The notes beneath the pieces were generated by a model. It had not been told where the DNA came from and searched no databases. It saw nothing but the letters and a program-made list of their open reading frames with translations. The position numbers and the translations under genes are program-made. 64,000 nucleotides of DNA from Bispira polyomma (lineage: Eukaryota). Below are positions 10,700 through 24,159 of the stretch, piece after piece. The stretch lies in assembly GCA_965649765.1 (NCBI GenBank), contig OZ287748.1, positions 76,260,001 through 76,324,000 of the forward strand, given 5' to 3'. How positions within the stretch are numbered: the first letter of the stretch is position 1; the number at the start of each line of letters is the position of its first letter.

Positions 10700-11365
10700 C
10701 TACTTCATTTCTTTTCATACCATGGTATATATGCCATCTTGACAGAAAATCGGCTAATTTATTTTCAACACCCCTTACATGTTATACTTTGAGCTCAATG
10801 TTATAAGTGGCCAAAAAATACCAGGCAGTTCTAATACATGCCATTTGCCATGGATCACAAGCTATGCCTGTAGTAAAGGTATTGACTACTGCATAAATAT
10901 CGCACCATACTAACACTGTTGAATTTTTCCATCGGTGACACCATAATTTTAATGCAGTTAGTATATTTGCTGCTTCAGAATGAACGATAGAATGTCCATT
11001 GTGTTTTTTAAATTCTGAAATAAAATCTGTATAAACCCTTTTATCATGATATCATCCCACACTTTCCAAGCAGGCATTAACATACACCTCATAATGCACT
11101 CTTTAAGGTTTATATATTTCTATGACACCATTAAAATCGTTTAAGAAGGTATTAAACCAGTGTACATCTTTGTAGAAATGAGAGGATAAAATCATGGCCC
11201 CTCTCACAGGGACAGAACACAAAACTTGCAATATTCTGTTAATAAACATACATGCAGGACGCACACATGTATGAATATAAAGTAATTTACTAGTGAGTTT
11301 TAGAAGCTGGTTTCTGGTAGAATGTGTTTTACTTTCCCTTGTCATACATAATTTTTCATGGCACC
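10700..11365 (-). pseudogene. E2 RT connection / RNase H remnant
   Basis: KLLYIHTCVRPACMFINRIL, FYKDVHWF, VWCD, ADFLSRW. Confidence 0.82.
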
Positions 11366-11368
11366 TCT

Positions 11369-11526
11369 CAGGTCATTACCATGTGCACACCTGGGGAACC
11401 CCATATCAAATCCCCCCTAGTGGGAAACTGAGTTCTGTCAAATTCTTTAATCACCGAAGGTACCAGAGAAGCTAGTCGGAAAACCCCCAAAAGGCACAAA
11501 GAAATAAAGCTCTAAACGTATCAGCA
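11369..11526 (-). repeat. 158-bp copy of E2 YR segment 9869-10027 lying where the RT core was deleted
   Basis: Direct sequence match with few substitutions. Confidence 0.9.
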
Positions 11527-13889
11527 TTCCAAAATCGGCGGAATGTAATTCACACTGCATTCTTTCAATATTTTTGCCTTTAATATGGTTATTTCTTGAC
11601 ATATGACCAATTTTTGTGTTAGTTAGACTACACTGATTAGTATAATCTATACTAACCGCATGACTAGTATTATTCTCATAAAACACTATATTCACCTTCT
11701 TTTCATGAAAGCATACTAATTGACTGCCATTTTTAGCCCAGGCGACATCGCTTATCTTGGCACTGCTGCACAGCTTTAATTTGTTTGAACTTAACAAATA
11801 ATCAGACACTTTAATTCTGTGATTATTTGGAAACATAAAAATGTATCTTGTAAGTCACCTTTTATTGAAATCTGGTTTTGCAAAATGGAGCAGTACATTT
11901 GCGGATGTTAAATGTTCCCTGTTTAAGGAATATTGTAAACGACCCTTTTGGGAAAGTAGTTACCCTGGAAAATGCTATAAAAATAAATTTTATTTGTTTT
12001 GTCAATCCAAAGAAGCAGTTTAAATGTGTCAGTGTTTATGGAAGAGGAAGTCCACAGACACATTCAACATACACTTTAACAACTGGTAAATAACCTAGTA
12101 CTTAAGTATTGTAAATAGGTAATTCCTAGTAACACAATTTTAAAACAATTCAAACTTTTTGTAGTAACTTAGCAGTGTAATAGTCAGTAAAACTAAACTG
12201 TTATTTGATGTATAGCAATTAAAACTGATTCTAGTAATGTATATGTTGTGACATTGACTGAGGTCGCCTTGCGTGTTAAAGTGTGTTGGCCTTAACATCT
12301 GGACAGTTGGACAATGGTAATCAGTTAGGGTGACCTTACTTTTTACATTTTAGCTTAGATATAGATGTATGTGGTGAGTTTATAACAAGCAAAATTTCAT
12401 TATGGTTGTTTTAATTTGTGTTTTAACAGTATCGTATCATGGTACAATAGGGTACTGATATAAATTTTCTCCTACCCATATTTGTTACTCAAAAGTTTGA
12501 TATTGGATTGACTAACACATAGGATTTATAACTTTTACAAATCATTGCCTGTACAAATTATAAATTGTAGAACCCTTAACATAAGTTATTATATATTTGT
12601 AACATTTACACTTCATTTGAACTTCAGCCTTAATGTTGTGTTTTTTGGTAGTGATAGAGATATAAGACTGCACAAGACTTACTTAGTGTCATTCATGGTC
12701 TTAAGGAGGATTAATATATATATACATATAATTTCTTCAATAAATTAAATTATATTTTAAAAAGCCAACACCTAATGTAAGGTGTCTATAAAGTATGGAT
12801 TACAATAGAATGACAGATTACATTAACTTGTTAAGTGTCAAAGAAAAAATTGGATATGGGAGGTGGTTTAATTATTTTGTGGTCGGATCAATTGTAATAT
12901 TTGGAGATTGTCTTTGGATGTTTTCCCGCTGGGATAACATGGCAAACCATTACAATAGAAAAATAATCCATGTGTATTTTTTGACATTTCAAGCAGGCAT
13001 CAATAGTATTTTTTTTAAAAGAAGAATTTTTCTTTTGTGGAAATTTACATAATGTAAATTTGAACAAGATAACGATTTTACCATTCTTCGAGTTAATCCC
13101 TTAGTAATATTAGAGACTCATCAATATTTACTGTTTCCTTATGTAAGTTTATGTTACTACATGTATTATTCCACTAATATTTGTGTTTGAAAGAGTTTTT
13201 TGTAATATTTGATATATGCTGACAACGCCGCTGAGATACTCTTCAACTCTATTTATGCATCACTGCTTATTCACCAAATATTTATTGGTTGCACTCGGCC
13301 ATAGCACCAAAATTTATTCATACATTGTTTCTGTACAAATGACACCTAATCAAATATGGTAAATGTTTAAGTCTAAGGGTTTCAGTCTAAATGTTATACA
13401 TGTTCAAGTAAATATTGAACATTATCATGCATATCATGTTGTCTGATATGTTGGCTCAACATCAGAACAGGATTATAAAAACGAACTTTTAAAATTAAAA
13501 TTTAATTGTAAATTAAATTTTTTAGTATAAATACTTGCCATGGAAGGCATACTCTTTCCATTGAGTTAGAAAAGATTCAGGAACGTCATAATAAGTAGAG
13601 GCAATATTGCTAAATGAGCTAATGAGGCTGAGCTGGACCTGCCAATATTAGTTTATCTGATGCACCTGGTGGGCCTGCCAATATTCGTTTAGACCTGTTA
13701 GACCAACAACAGAAACACTATATGCACCTGCATGCAATGTTTTATTACAACAAACGGCTGTTGAGCCATATACAGGCTCTAAAAAGGTTAAAAAACCTGG
13801 AGGAAATAATTGCAGCAAAAGTATCCAGGATAATGGAAGCTGCATGAGAGGTGGATTATAAAAAAGTCCAAACAGCATCGGATTTTCAG

Positions 13890-14400
13890 CATCCGTGTTT
13901 TTGTAAAAAAATTTGTAATTTTACATTTTTGTGGAAGGCCAGGGAGACTCCTGACCTTCTTAAACAATGAAAAGAATGTCCTATTGGTGAGATGTTACTT
14001 TGTTGCAATATTTCCTATACAATTGTCCTCAACTTTGTTTATGTTACACAATGTCCTCTGGCTTAAGGGTCTGCTTGTAATGGTGCATGTTTTGGCAAAG
14101 GATATTTGTGAAATAATGCCCTTGCTGCATTTCCTGGACATAACGATAGATTTTTTAATTTGAGTAGTTGTATTATATCGTGTTGGGTCCTTGATTCGTT
14201 GGTTTTGGACCACTTCAAAACTAAATGTATGCCAGGCTGAGCGAAAATTATATCAGACCTTGTGATGTGTCTAGTCATATCAAAAGAAGTAGCTGATTGT
14301 GGTGTAGGTTAGATTTTCTAAGAAATCCAAAATAAGCAAACAAAAATGTTGTATTGTACAATTCTGAAAAAAAAACAATGATTGGTATCGTCTTGAAACT
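13890..14400 (-). pseudogene. E3b: older YR remnant; its frame continues at 28749-28778
   Basis: LFAYFGFLRKSNL, RHITRSDIIFAQPGIHLVLKWSKT, LCPG, GHSFHCLRRSG. Confidence 0.85.
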
Positions 14401-15149
14401 ACAGTCCCTAAACTAAAGTTTTTGACCCTAAGGTCATGTACATGAAAGGTCATGAGGCTTGAAGGTATATAGTTTGTTAGTAAAGCTCTGATGCTGTTTG
14501 GGATATTTATCTATAAATTTTAATTTTTTCATCTATACAATAATTTCAAAAGTAATTTTTTTTTAAATATGCCACTATGGCAAGAGTGTATAAGTATATA
14601 CTCGTCAACATATAAAATATATCACCATGTATGTAAAACATTTGGTGAATAACTAAGAAGATACTACTTTCCTCAACATATAAACACATACACTATTAGT
14701 CTTGATATATTGGTTTTTAGCTAAGTTCTAACTATTAATCCCTTTAATTAATGTACTAGGGAGATGGGTGTGGAAAATAATATGTTGCCTCGTCAGTTTC
14801 GAGGTTAATAATGCCTTAATTCAGAAAAGGCGGCAAATTTGTTTTTTGTAACTTGCCACTGATTGGCTGACCCCAGTAAACAATTTTGTTGACAACAATT
14901 GCTGTAAAGGCTTTAATTTTAGGGACTGATACATCATGCCATTTTGTGTGCAGTGACAGTAACAGTCCCTAAACTTTTGCTAAGTTTCTGACCCTAAGGT
15001 TATGTATATGAAAGGTCATGAGTTGAAGGTATATAGTTGGTTAGTAAAGCTTTGATGCTGTTTGGGATATTTATTTACAGATTTTAATTGTTTAAATTGT
15101 TTAGTTAAATTTAAAAAACAAATTAAATATGCCAAACCCCAAAATTAAA

Positions 15150-15747
15150 AAGAGGGGGGAATAATAGCAGTGTGTCCTGAATTAGCGAAGCTGCATGTGA
15201 CGTCGACTTTAAGTAATCGCAAACTGCATCAGACTTCCAGCAACTGTGCTTTTGTATGTCTTGTAGTTTGATATTGCTTTTGAAGGTCAGGGAATCTCCT
15301 GACCTTCTAAATCAATGAAAAGAATGACCTACGTGTGATATTTTTGCTCTACTTAGTACAGTCTTAAGAACTGTCCTCAACTGTGTTTCAGTTATACATT
15401 TTCCCTTATTATGAGGATTTGCTTATAATGGGAATAGGTTTGAAATTTAAATGAATTGTCAATGAATTTTGATACAATGCTATTCTTGAGTCATATAAGC
15501 CAGTGCCAGAAATATCTAATCTTTTGGTAACATGTCTTATAGCTGCCAAATAGTTCTTTATGTCTCTGTAAGAAAACCCTTTTTGCTGAAGTAATTTCAT
15601 AAATGCAAGAATTGTACAAGTGGTGAAAGTGTTTTGAATGTTGTAATAAATGATGAATGCTATGTATAGTCTTATCTGGCTGTCATATTGCCCAGTTGTT
15701 TGTGGTCGATGACTGTCATCTATCCTGTCAATGGCTTTAGTTACCAA
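15150..15747 (-). pseudogene. E3 YR with central deletion
   Basis: HRPQTTGQY, IKNYLAAI, then a jump to HSFH*FRRSG and HSCWKSDAVCDY. Confidence 0.82.
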
Positions 15748-17270
15748 GCCACCGTGACAAAATGTCAGCTATGACATTCTTTTTTCCCTCTATATGTTCT
15801 ATGTCAATAGTAATTTCTAATTTGGCACACATTAACCATAAATTTCTCAAGCAGGTACCTAAATATGTATGTTTAGTCTTTCCTGACTGCACTAATAACA
15901 GCTGTGTCTGATTTAACCCTTTATGCACTGCTTGATAAACAGTGGTAAAGGTGCTACAAATACATCAGTCTCATGTACTCCTCTTACGCCTTGTAAGCAT
16001 GCATCGACATGTAACAAAGCATCAAATTGTTTTATTGCTATCATGAAATACAAATTAGATGAACCAGTTCAAGTCTTTTTGAAACTCATTATTAAAATAT
16101 ACTACCTTTCTACTCGTATGTTCTCGTAGTAGTTGTAGCATTCTATTCATAAATATTCATTCTCACTGGTTTAATGCAACAATGTATATAAAGCAGTTTT
16201 CCGAATATTGATTGGTATTTACCTTTTGTCACCTCTTGTAACAAGTCTTGTGTATTGTTATGATCTTTTTTTCATTGATACTTAAAGTACTTTGTGTAAT
16301 ATCAATGGTAATACCCATGCACGTCACTCGTTAACTCGGTGGCACTAATGTTTTCTTGTTTATGGGTAAACCAAGGTTGTCAAGAGCTTTTTGCAAAAAC
16401 GTATATGCTAAGGCTGCCTTAGACTCATTTTCACAGATCAAAAAGTCGTCTATGTAATTAAAGACAGTATATCCATTTTTCTCATTGTATGCACCATTGT
16501 GTCAGAGACACGCATACACACGCTTGTACCATGTGTTAAGCCGAACATCCAGCTAAGGTCAACGTAATGTCCATTTTTTCACTGATACTCTAATTTTAAA
16601 CTATCATATGGATCTACCCTTAAATTTCGAAACGCATAGGCTACGTCCACTTTTGTGAGTCTAGCTGTCTGTTCTAATGTATGTATTCTCTGTACTATGC
16701 GATCAATTGTAGGTAACTTTAAATTAAAACGTACATTGTCATAAATGTCTTAGTACGTGCTGTCATTAACTGAAAATCCAGTCAGATGTGATAAGTTAAA
16801 ATTAACCCTCTTTGGTCTATGTCTTTGGGCCTTGTTAATAGCGGAGAACAATGTAGTTCTGCATGTAGGTTACCCTTAATTAGTCCTATTATGGTACCCT
16901 TCTCTGTTTCAGTTTCAAAATATTTGTCAATATAGTCTGGATAAATCACTGCTGAGTGATGATTCTTAATTTGTTTCTTGTCTAGTCTCGTCCTGTCATA
17001 TAGTGGTATAGGAAACCCAAATTCCAGATACTCTAATAATAATCGGTCATGATAGTCATATTAATGTCTCTTCTAATTGTCTACATTAAGTCCTGACTTA
17101 ATTGGAATTCTAGCACCTCTGTAATTCTGTACACCTGTTTCTTTTATGATCTCGCTGACTTTAATTAATGTTGTATAATTGTTATTATATACTTCCTGTA
17201 TTGTAGGACCTATATATATATATATATATATAAAGTCCAACTTATCTAATGGTATACACCTTAGTCCCTT
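15748..17270 (-). pseudogene. E3 RT/RNase H remnant
   Basis: YLEFGFPI, KVDVAYAFRNL, NYIDDFL, HVDAC and NVIADILSRW, with stops and frameshifts. Confidence 0.88.
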
Positions 17271-17849
17271 GTCTGTCTTATCAAGTTTGTATTACACTTA
17301 GTCTAACCTTTATTGTCTATAAAGTCTACAGAACATTTTTTGTTGTCAATTTCCTCCATTAGTGTAGTAATGACAGCTCATGTGATCATTCTCTTGTATG
17401 ACGTTGTTATTATTAAGTTTATTTGTTTTTCTTATATGTGTTTGTGTACTTACATCTGTATTTTTGTTAACAGTGACCTCATTCTTATCTACTTTTTCTA
17501 AATTTGTGAGATTTTTTGTTTGTCCTTGCTCACTCAGAATTTTATTGTCACTTTTTGAACTTCACCCGTCTGTGTTTTTACACATTCTGTCAATAATGTC
17601 AATATAATATTGAGGCTTTTGTATTCGTGTACGTGTTTGTGTCTTTGATCTGTATGACGTGTGTGTATTTCTTGTGTGTTTGATTGTCTTGTGTTGTTGT
17701 ACATTCACAAACAAATCTATATCATTTTCTCTTGCTAATCGATACACCCCGTTAATGCTAGGGTCCACATTACTCACCAGGTAATACCAGGTGTCATAAC
17801 TACTCTGACAGATATATATGTCTGTAAATCTTCATTTTTATCTAGATAA

Positions 17850-20560
17850 AATCTAGATTATACTATACAGAGAATCCAATGTTTAGGACAGCACTTTTTA
17901 CCATTTCCTTATATTATTTAACTTCATTTTTCGTAGTCAATACTGTTTGGTACTATGGATGAGGACCATGTTAGAATATATAAATTATTTAATTTATTTG
18001 TTTGTTTAATGCGTTCAGTACTTTGGTCTTGTAATTACTGCATTTTTCCGTATATCTTTTCATGCTTGGATGGACAAGTAAACAAAGATATACAAGGAAA
18101 AGTATGGGTTTGAAGATAAATATGTTATATATACACCTATACTGACGGGATACCTGTAAATTCGATGTAACTTGCTCCAAGTTGTGAGAACACATGCTTT
18201 TTTACTTGGGTTTCGACCGCCAGATGGCGCCACACTACAGTGTTTTTTATTATTATAAGTATTTTAGATACTCGGTACTAGTACATAAATTTCAACTATG
18301 TGCATAGTAAAAACTGAAAAATGCTTCATTATTAGTAGGAAAGCAAGATGGATGGAAATCTCAATAGATGCACCCTTAAATGTATGTATATATCTAACCC
18401 CATATGCACATATAGTTGCTTTAATCCATCACAATTTGTTTACTTTGCGAGAGTTCCTCCAACAGCTTTCGAAACCAATACATTTGTGGCATTAAATAAT
18501 ATGTAAACAACAACAAAAAATGGCCACCGACCAAGTTAAATCACGCGAGACGGTGATTGGCTGAAAATCTGGGCTGTTTCCAATGCGTGTGAGCATTAAC
18601 TCCAGCATATCCAGTCAAAGGTCAGACCTCTCAGACGGGTTATTTGAAGCGTTAACAAAAGTACCAAGCACCAACTTCTATATAAGGAAATTAAACTGTA
18701 TATACGCCTACAAATGGGCCGTTGCATCAGTCTGCTGTATACGTAGACAGAGTTGAAGATATTTGCAAAGTATATAGATACATGAAAGAATATTTTTTTG
18801 TAGTAAGTACACAGATAGATAAACACCTGTTGATGAATCTCGTAATATACTTGTATGCCAACGTCTATATTAGGAGGAAGCAATTAACAAAACTTCCTGA
18901 ATGAGGCTTTGATCTTTGACTTTGGAACATATATTAGTGTATGATATTTGAAGGATAAGAATAAATGAAGCATAGAAATGGTGTACAACGAGGCAGGGTT
19001 ATTCAGTTAATTATATTTAAAAAAAAATGTTATATAAAACGAGTAATATATATTCTTTCATATATATAAAACTACAAATAAAACAAAAATAGAAGGATAT
19101 ATCACGGGCAATATGCAGACAGCATCGTCATTCAAATATATATTGTTTTCTCGACATACTTCCTGTGAAGTACACAGATGGATATACTTGGGGTGAAGGT
19201 CGTTGCAAAATAGTAAACAACACGTGTTGTTGCATAACATTTCTACGTTTCAACTTTTTCGAAAATTGAAGGAATAAATATACAGGTAAATACTTACTTG
19301 ATATCCCCTTCATTTTATAATACACTGTTTAATATTATTATGCTTCACTGTATATATTTTTAAGCGATTCGCCATTTTTTAAAAACCCCAAGTATATACA
19401 TATCTATTAATAAGAAAAGTACACAGATAGATATACACGTGTTATTTACTGGACAATGCTAATGGCGGAGTAATTCTGGTGACAGTATCCTTGCGTTACC
19501 GGTTTCCGATGGTGTAAGGCAATTGTCCATATTTTATGTATATCCATCCGCCTCATTATGGAAATATAGTACCAGATTAGAGGAAATACTGTTTTATTTA
19601 TTTTAAGGTATAAATTGCCGATTATTTCCATTTATCAACATATTTAAACACATTTTATTAAATACAGCTATTCCTTTCTGAATATCAAAACAGTTACTGG
19701 TTATTGACGGTGATGGTTGAATTCATCAAACGCATGTGTAAATGCATGTGATTCACGTCTATAAAAATATATATGTCAAAATAAAACGAAAGAAAATGGA
19801 TGAAAATCTAAAAAGAAGTAAGAAACAATATTTTGCCTTATATCTTCATGTTATTTCAATAATATTTCCTTATTTTGCAAATGTATAATATAACTCAGTA
19901 ACTCAAATACATACACAGATTTCAACTGGACAGAATATGTGCGTAGTTTAGAAAGTATGGTTTGGCAATTCGATTTTATTAAATACCCTTTAATTTATTT
20001 CTAATTTCGAAGTAAAAAAAGCAGGATTTCGGAACACAAGAAAGGGTAATATAACAACATAATAAACTCTTTATTATCTCAGACAAATATATACAATAAC
20101 ATTTCTAAAATTTACCTTTCATCCATTATTGCCTTCAATTTGCTTTCCAACTATCCATGTGTTCCCAATTGCGCAATATTTATTGTTATAAAGTGTCATG
20201 TGTGTGTGATCAGCGAATCAGAATCGCTGATACAGTAGCCAATGAAATCACTCCATACAAACAGACATTGACCATCAACAACCAACATGGAGTTGTAGGT
20301 AAACACTTCTGTGAGATACCAAGACATAAAAAATATGTTATGTCGCAGTTATTAATCTAAATAATGGCCTCACATTTTGACAGACGATGCAAAAGTATTT
20401 ATTCTTTCTAAAAATATTTACTTTTTTGTTAAAGGGTGAGATTTCCATTGAACTTTTGTCATAATTGTGACCAAAATATTGAAATAAAATGGTATTTGTA
20501 CTGTTTAATTAGGGTGAGCGAAAATATAAGATTTTTTTTACAAACTAGTAAGGCAATACA
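17850..20560. other. Non-coding insert splitting the E3 pol N-terminal region (boundaries approximate)
   Basis: No YR-element similarity recognised. Contains a CTCF-like motif (18217-18230), CCAAT and YY1-like motifs, and GTACACAGATRGATA three times. Confidence 0.5.
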
Positions 20561-21049
20561 ACTCAATCTTCTCTTCCACTATTTTCGTACTTTTTGACGT
20601 CTTCATCTAGATATGTTGTGACAATTGTCACTACTGTTTTCTTGTTTATATATATATATATCTTCTCTACTATCTGTATTCACTCTTGTGCCCCTCTCTT
20701 GCACATTACTGTTCATAACGCATCCTACATTCGGATCATACACACTATACATATTCATATTGTCCTTATACAATATTGATGTTTTTTATCAATTCATCAC
20801 TATTTACACCTTTATTTACACTTGTATCACCTATAGTACTATTTTTATTGTCTTCTAATTCGATAACTATATGCCCTATATCATCATATTTACTATAGTT
20901 TTTATCTAAAATAAATGTACTCTTATCTAGTACAGTTCTCGTCCATTTCTAAACAACTCATTGTCATTATCAATAGAATTTGAATTATTATGCACTCTTA
21001 CATGATGTTTTAACCTCACAGCTGTTGTCATTGTACGCAGTTCTGTCCC

Positions 21050-22006
21050 CTATTGTTGTGTACTAGTCACTGGTCTGCTATCTAGCTTATAGCACTTGGT
21101 TTTTCTCGGCCTGTTCTCATGGTCCCCTTCATCTGTGCACTGTCCTTTCTGATAGTGTCGACATGGTAAACGCGTTTTCCTCAATTACGAACTGTTATTG
21201 TGTTGGTAGTTGTTCTGGTTAGTGTATTCGAACCCATCAATGCTTGGGAGTACGATAGCCTGTTCATTGACCATATTGCCTCTGCTAACCACATCAAAAG
21301 TCCCTCTTCTATATCATGCATATTAATAGCGTATCACCTTTGGCCATTTGCCACAATATATTTGTAGCATTTCGTAGTGCGTCGCCTAGTTGCTTAAGCA
21401 TTGCTCTACTCACTGTAGGATTTAATGTCTCGAAGATGTTGTGAACCTGTCCGGTGGCGAACTGTCCCAGTGTGAGATCGTCATATGGAATGAGCTTCTT
21501 AATGCCCGAGAAGCAGCCTTCATTAGGCCAGAGAAAAATGGCATCCGTGGTATATGTATCTGTCACATTATATCTTCCCGATTTTCTTTTTAACTGTGAC
21601 TTACCATGCATCATAGCTTTAGCTGCCATCATCTCATACCTTTGTAGTCGTGCTGTGACTTCATTCTGGATCCTAGCAGACTGGCATAAAACGTCGGTGA
21701 TCGGTGTAATGACATGAAAACTCTCAGGTAACCCACCTGCCAGTTGCTGTTGTGTATACGTGAACGTGCCCGAAGTATGTTGAGTGTTATGAACGAAGCC
21801 GTTGTGAAAGCCCGTTACTGGCAGCGTTATCTGTGGAACTTGGTGAAACTGGTGAATTCCATCTAAAGCTGATTGTGGTTTCCGAGGAGCGGGTATCTGA
21901 CAGACTAGAAGACTTGCCTGTTGACTGTTGTTTTGTATACTGCTGTCAAAGTGATAAACTGGTTCACTAATTGACGGTACCTCTGCTACTTCTGTAGGAA
22001 TCTGTG
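21050..22006 (-). pseudogene. E3 gag, 3' part
   Basis: HGKSQLKRKSGRYN, WPNEG, YDDLTLGQF and PCRHYQKGQC; ends TAG at 21050-21052. Confidence 0.85.
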
Positions 22007-22690
22007 ACAGTCCAAGTTCTAAGATGTGAGGTTAATTAAGTTATGATAATTTCCAAGGGTTTGCTTAAGATGAAGTTGGATGTGAATTTTATAAGTCAGT
22101 AAAACTCTTGTATGTATATACAAGTACAGATAAGAAAGTGAAGTAGTAAAAATTTTAAAAGTTTGTTTTTTAATTTTTGACACCCATTTAGTATGGTGAC
22201 AAACAAAATACAAGTAATGCATATTATCAATATAAAGAACACTTCTACTAACAGAAGTAGAATTTTCATATAATTACATTGACATAAACAAGACACAATA
22301 ACGTTAGGTGTCCATACAAATAGTTAGGTTATCAATGAACTAAGTTACAGCTATATGTATGAACTAAGACATTTAAAAACCCTTTTTAAAAAAATTTTGG
22401 GGGACTAGCCTGACTATTAACCGATTTGACATAATGTAGAGCATAGGGTGTGTTACATATTCACCAGGCAGCGCCTGATCGAATCTTTCCCCTGACATAC
22501 TAGCATACTAGTTTCTAACACAGTACATGTCCATAAACCTGGCATAAACCTGCTATTAGAATAGACATAATTACCGCTGTACTGAGCAATAATCAAGCCA
22601 TATTGGCCATTTGTATTACATTGCCTTGTTCAGACACATTATACACACATTTTACCACAAATGTGTGATTTACATATTCACGTTACTTCT

Positions 22691-23058
22691 CATTTTAACA
22701 ATTTATAAAAATACTTGAAGAAAGCTTCTAACAATGGCGAAAACCCAAGGGTGCCCAGCTTCTCTTGAAGTCAGTCTATATTACTCTACATTCTGTAGGT
22801 GGGGAATTAACTTATAGGCTGGGAGAAAGATGTAATTAAACCTGAATAATTTAAATCGATTGAATAGTTCCGTGACTCACATGTTCAGGTTATGTTAAGT
22901 ATACTCTATTTGTTAATTCTTATTTTAACAATTTATTAAAACACTTGAAGCAAGCTTCTAACGATGGCGACAGCCCAAGGGTGCTCAGCTTCCCTTGAAG
23001 TCAGTCTATATTACTCTACATCCTGTAGGTGAGGAATTAACTTATGGATGGGGAGAAT
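22691..23058. repeat. Two ~137-bp direct repeats in the E4 A2-B2 spacer
   Basis: 22692-22828 matches 22922-23057. Confidence 0.88.
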
Positions 23059-23773
23059 ATCTATTGATGCGTCCTTACTCTTAACTTATGTGTTTCTCTA
23101 ATTTATTTCAAGGTCAAGTAATGGGTCACATGACCTTGTTGTAACAATTCAATGACTAAGATCTCTTTGGAAACTTTGAATTTATTCAAAGCAGTGTACA
23201 ACCCTGTTCCCAGAAATCACCGGCTAAGCTTATAATCACAAATATTTCTTAATGGTAAGTGTAAGTAATATATTAACCCAGAAGGAATTGAACCCCACAC
23301 CTGCGGCACCGACTCGCCCAGCCCCGGTCAGTCGCTGCGCGCAGAGCTCTGAATTCCCTTGGAAGCCACACCAAGGGCAAGTTTATGGAGGCAGGAATGG
23401 AACTTGACACGGTCAAGGCTCAACTCACCCCCAAGTCAACTATCACCTTTCTGAATTATAACTTGCTGTGATAAGGTGAGGTGGTGGTTTTTTTAAATGT
23501 CTGTGTTGTTCATTCAAATCTCGAGTTAATAATGCTACAAAATAGAGAGGAGCGGTCATGGGTGACTAAACTTGAATTTGATTGGAGGTTGTCAAATAAA
23601 CAGTAAAATAACGTTTAGTTATAACCTAAGGTTTTTAAGGCTGTATAAACTCCTGGAGTAGTCGTGTTGTGCACAGTCCAAATTCTAAGATGTGAGGTTA
23701 ATTAAGTTATGATAATTTCCAAGTGATTGCTTAAGATGAAGTTGGATGTGAATTTAATAAGTCAGTAAGACTT

Positions 23774-24144
23774 TCATTTGAGGTATTCTATTGTGAAGTT
23801 CGGGAATCTGTATTGTGTGTGTGTCAGATCTATTCTGTAAATTCTTTGCCCACTTGGTGTAATGTGTGCCCCAGGTGGTATAAATACAAGGTCTTGCCTA
23901 AGAAAATGCCTGGTAGGGTCAAGTGATGATTTTGAATGTGCTGCTATATTGGAGAGTCTTATTGGAGAGTATTCTAAAAATACCAGTACAGAATGTACAG
24001 TTACTTCATAAATGCCCACAAAATGATTTAATGCCAAGAATGTACTGAATTGTGACTTATAAGCACTGGCTGTCTTTGGTCTGATGGCAGTGTCAATCCT
24101 GCTCCAAGCTGAGGCTACAAACTTGCTGTTGAGGTTGGTGGAGC
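23774..24144 (-). pseudogene. E4 YR, internally and 3' deleted
   Basis: AIRPKTASAY, LVFLEY fused to RLSNIA, RHFLRQDLVF..PGAHI. Confidence 0.82.
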
Positions 24145-24159
24145 CTGCAATTACACAGA

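Larger units (their letters stand above)
1354..11845 (-). mobile_element. E2: degenerate Ngaro-like YR retrotransposon, 5'-deleted, interrupted by E1
   Basis: B repeats at 1354-1790 and 2219-2548+9321-9425; YR fragments 9450-10411; RT connection/RNase H 10700-11365 (KLLYIHTCVRPA, ADFLSRW); pre-RT segment 11527-11840. Right end GGACTGT abuts the empty site seen in the paralog near 51262. Confidence 0.85.

Noticed and set aside
12370-12985. Unit-1-specific insertion containing short ORFs
   Set aside because: No recognisable protein motif or terminal structure, so left unclassified.
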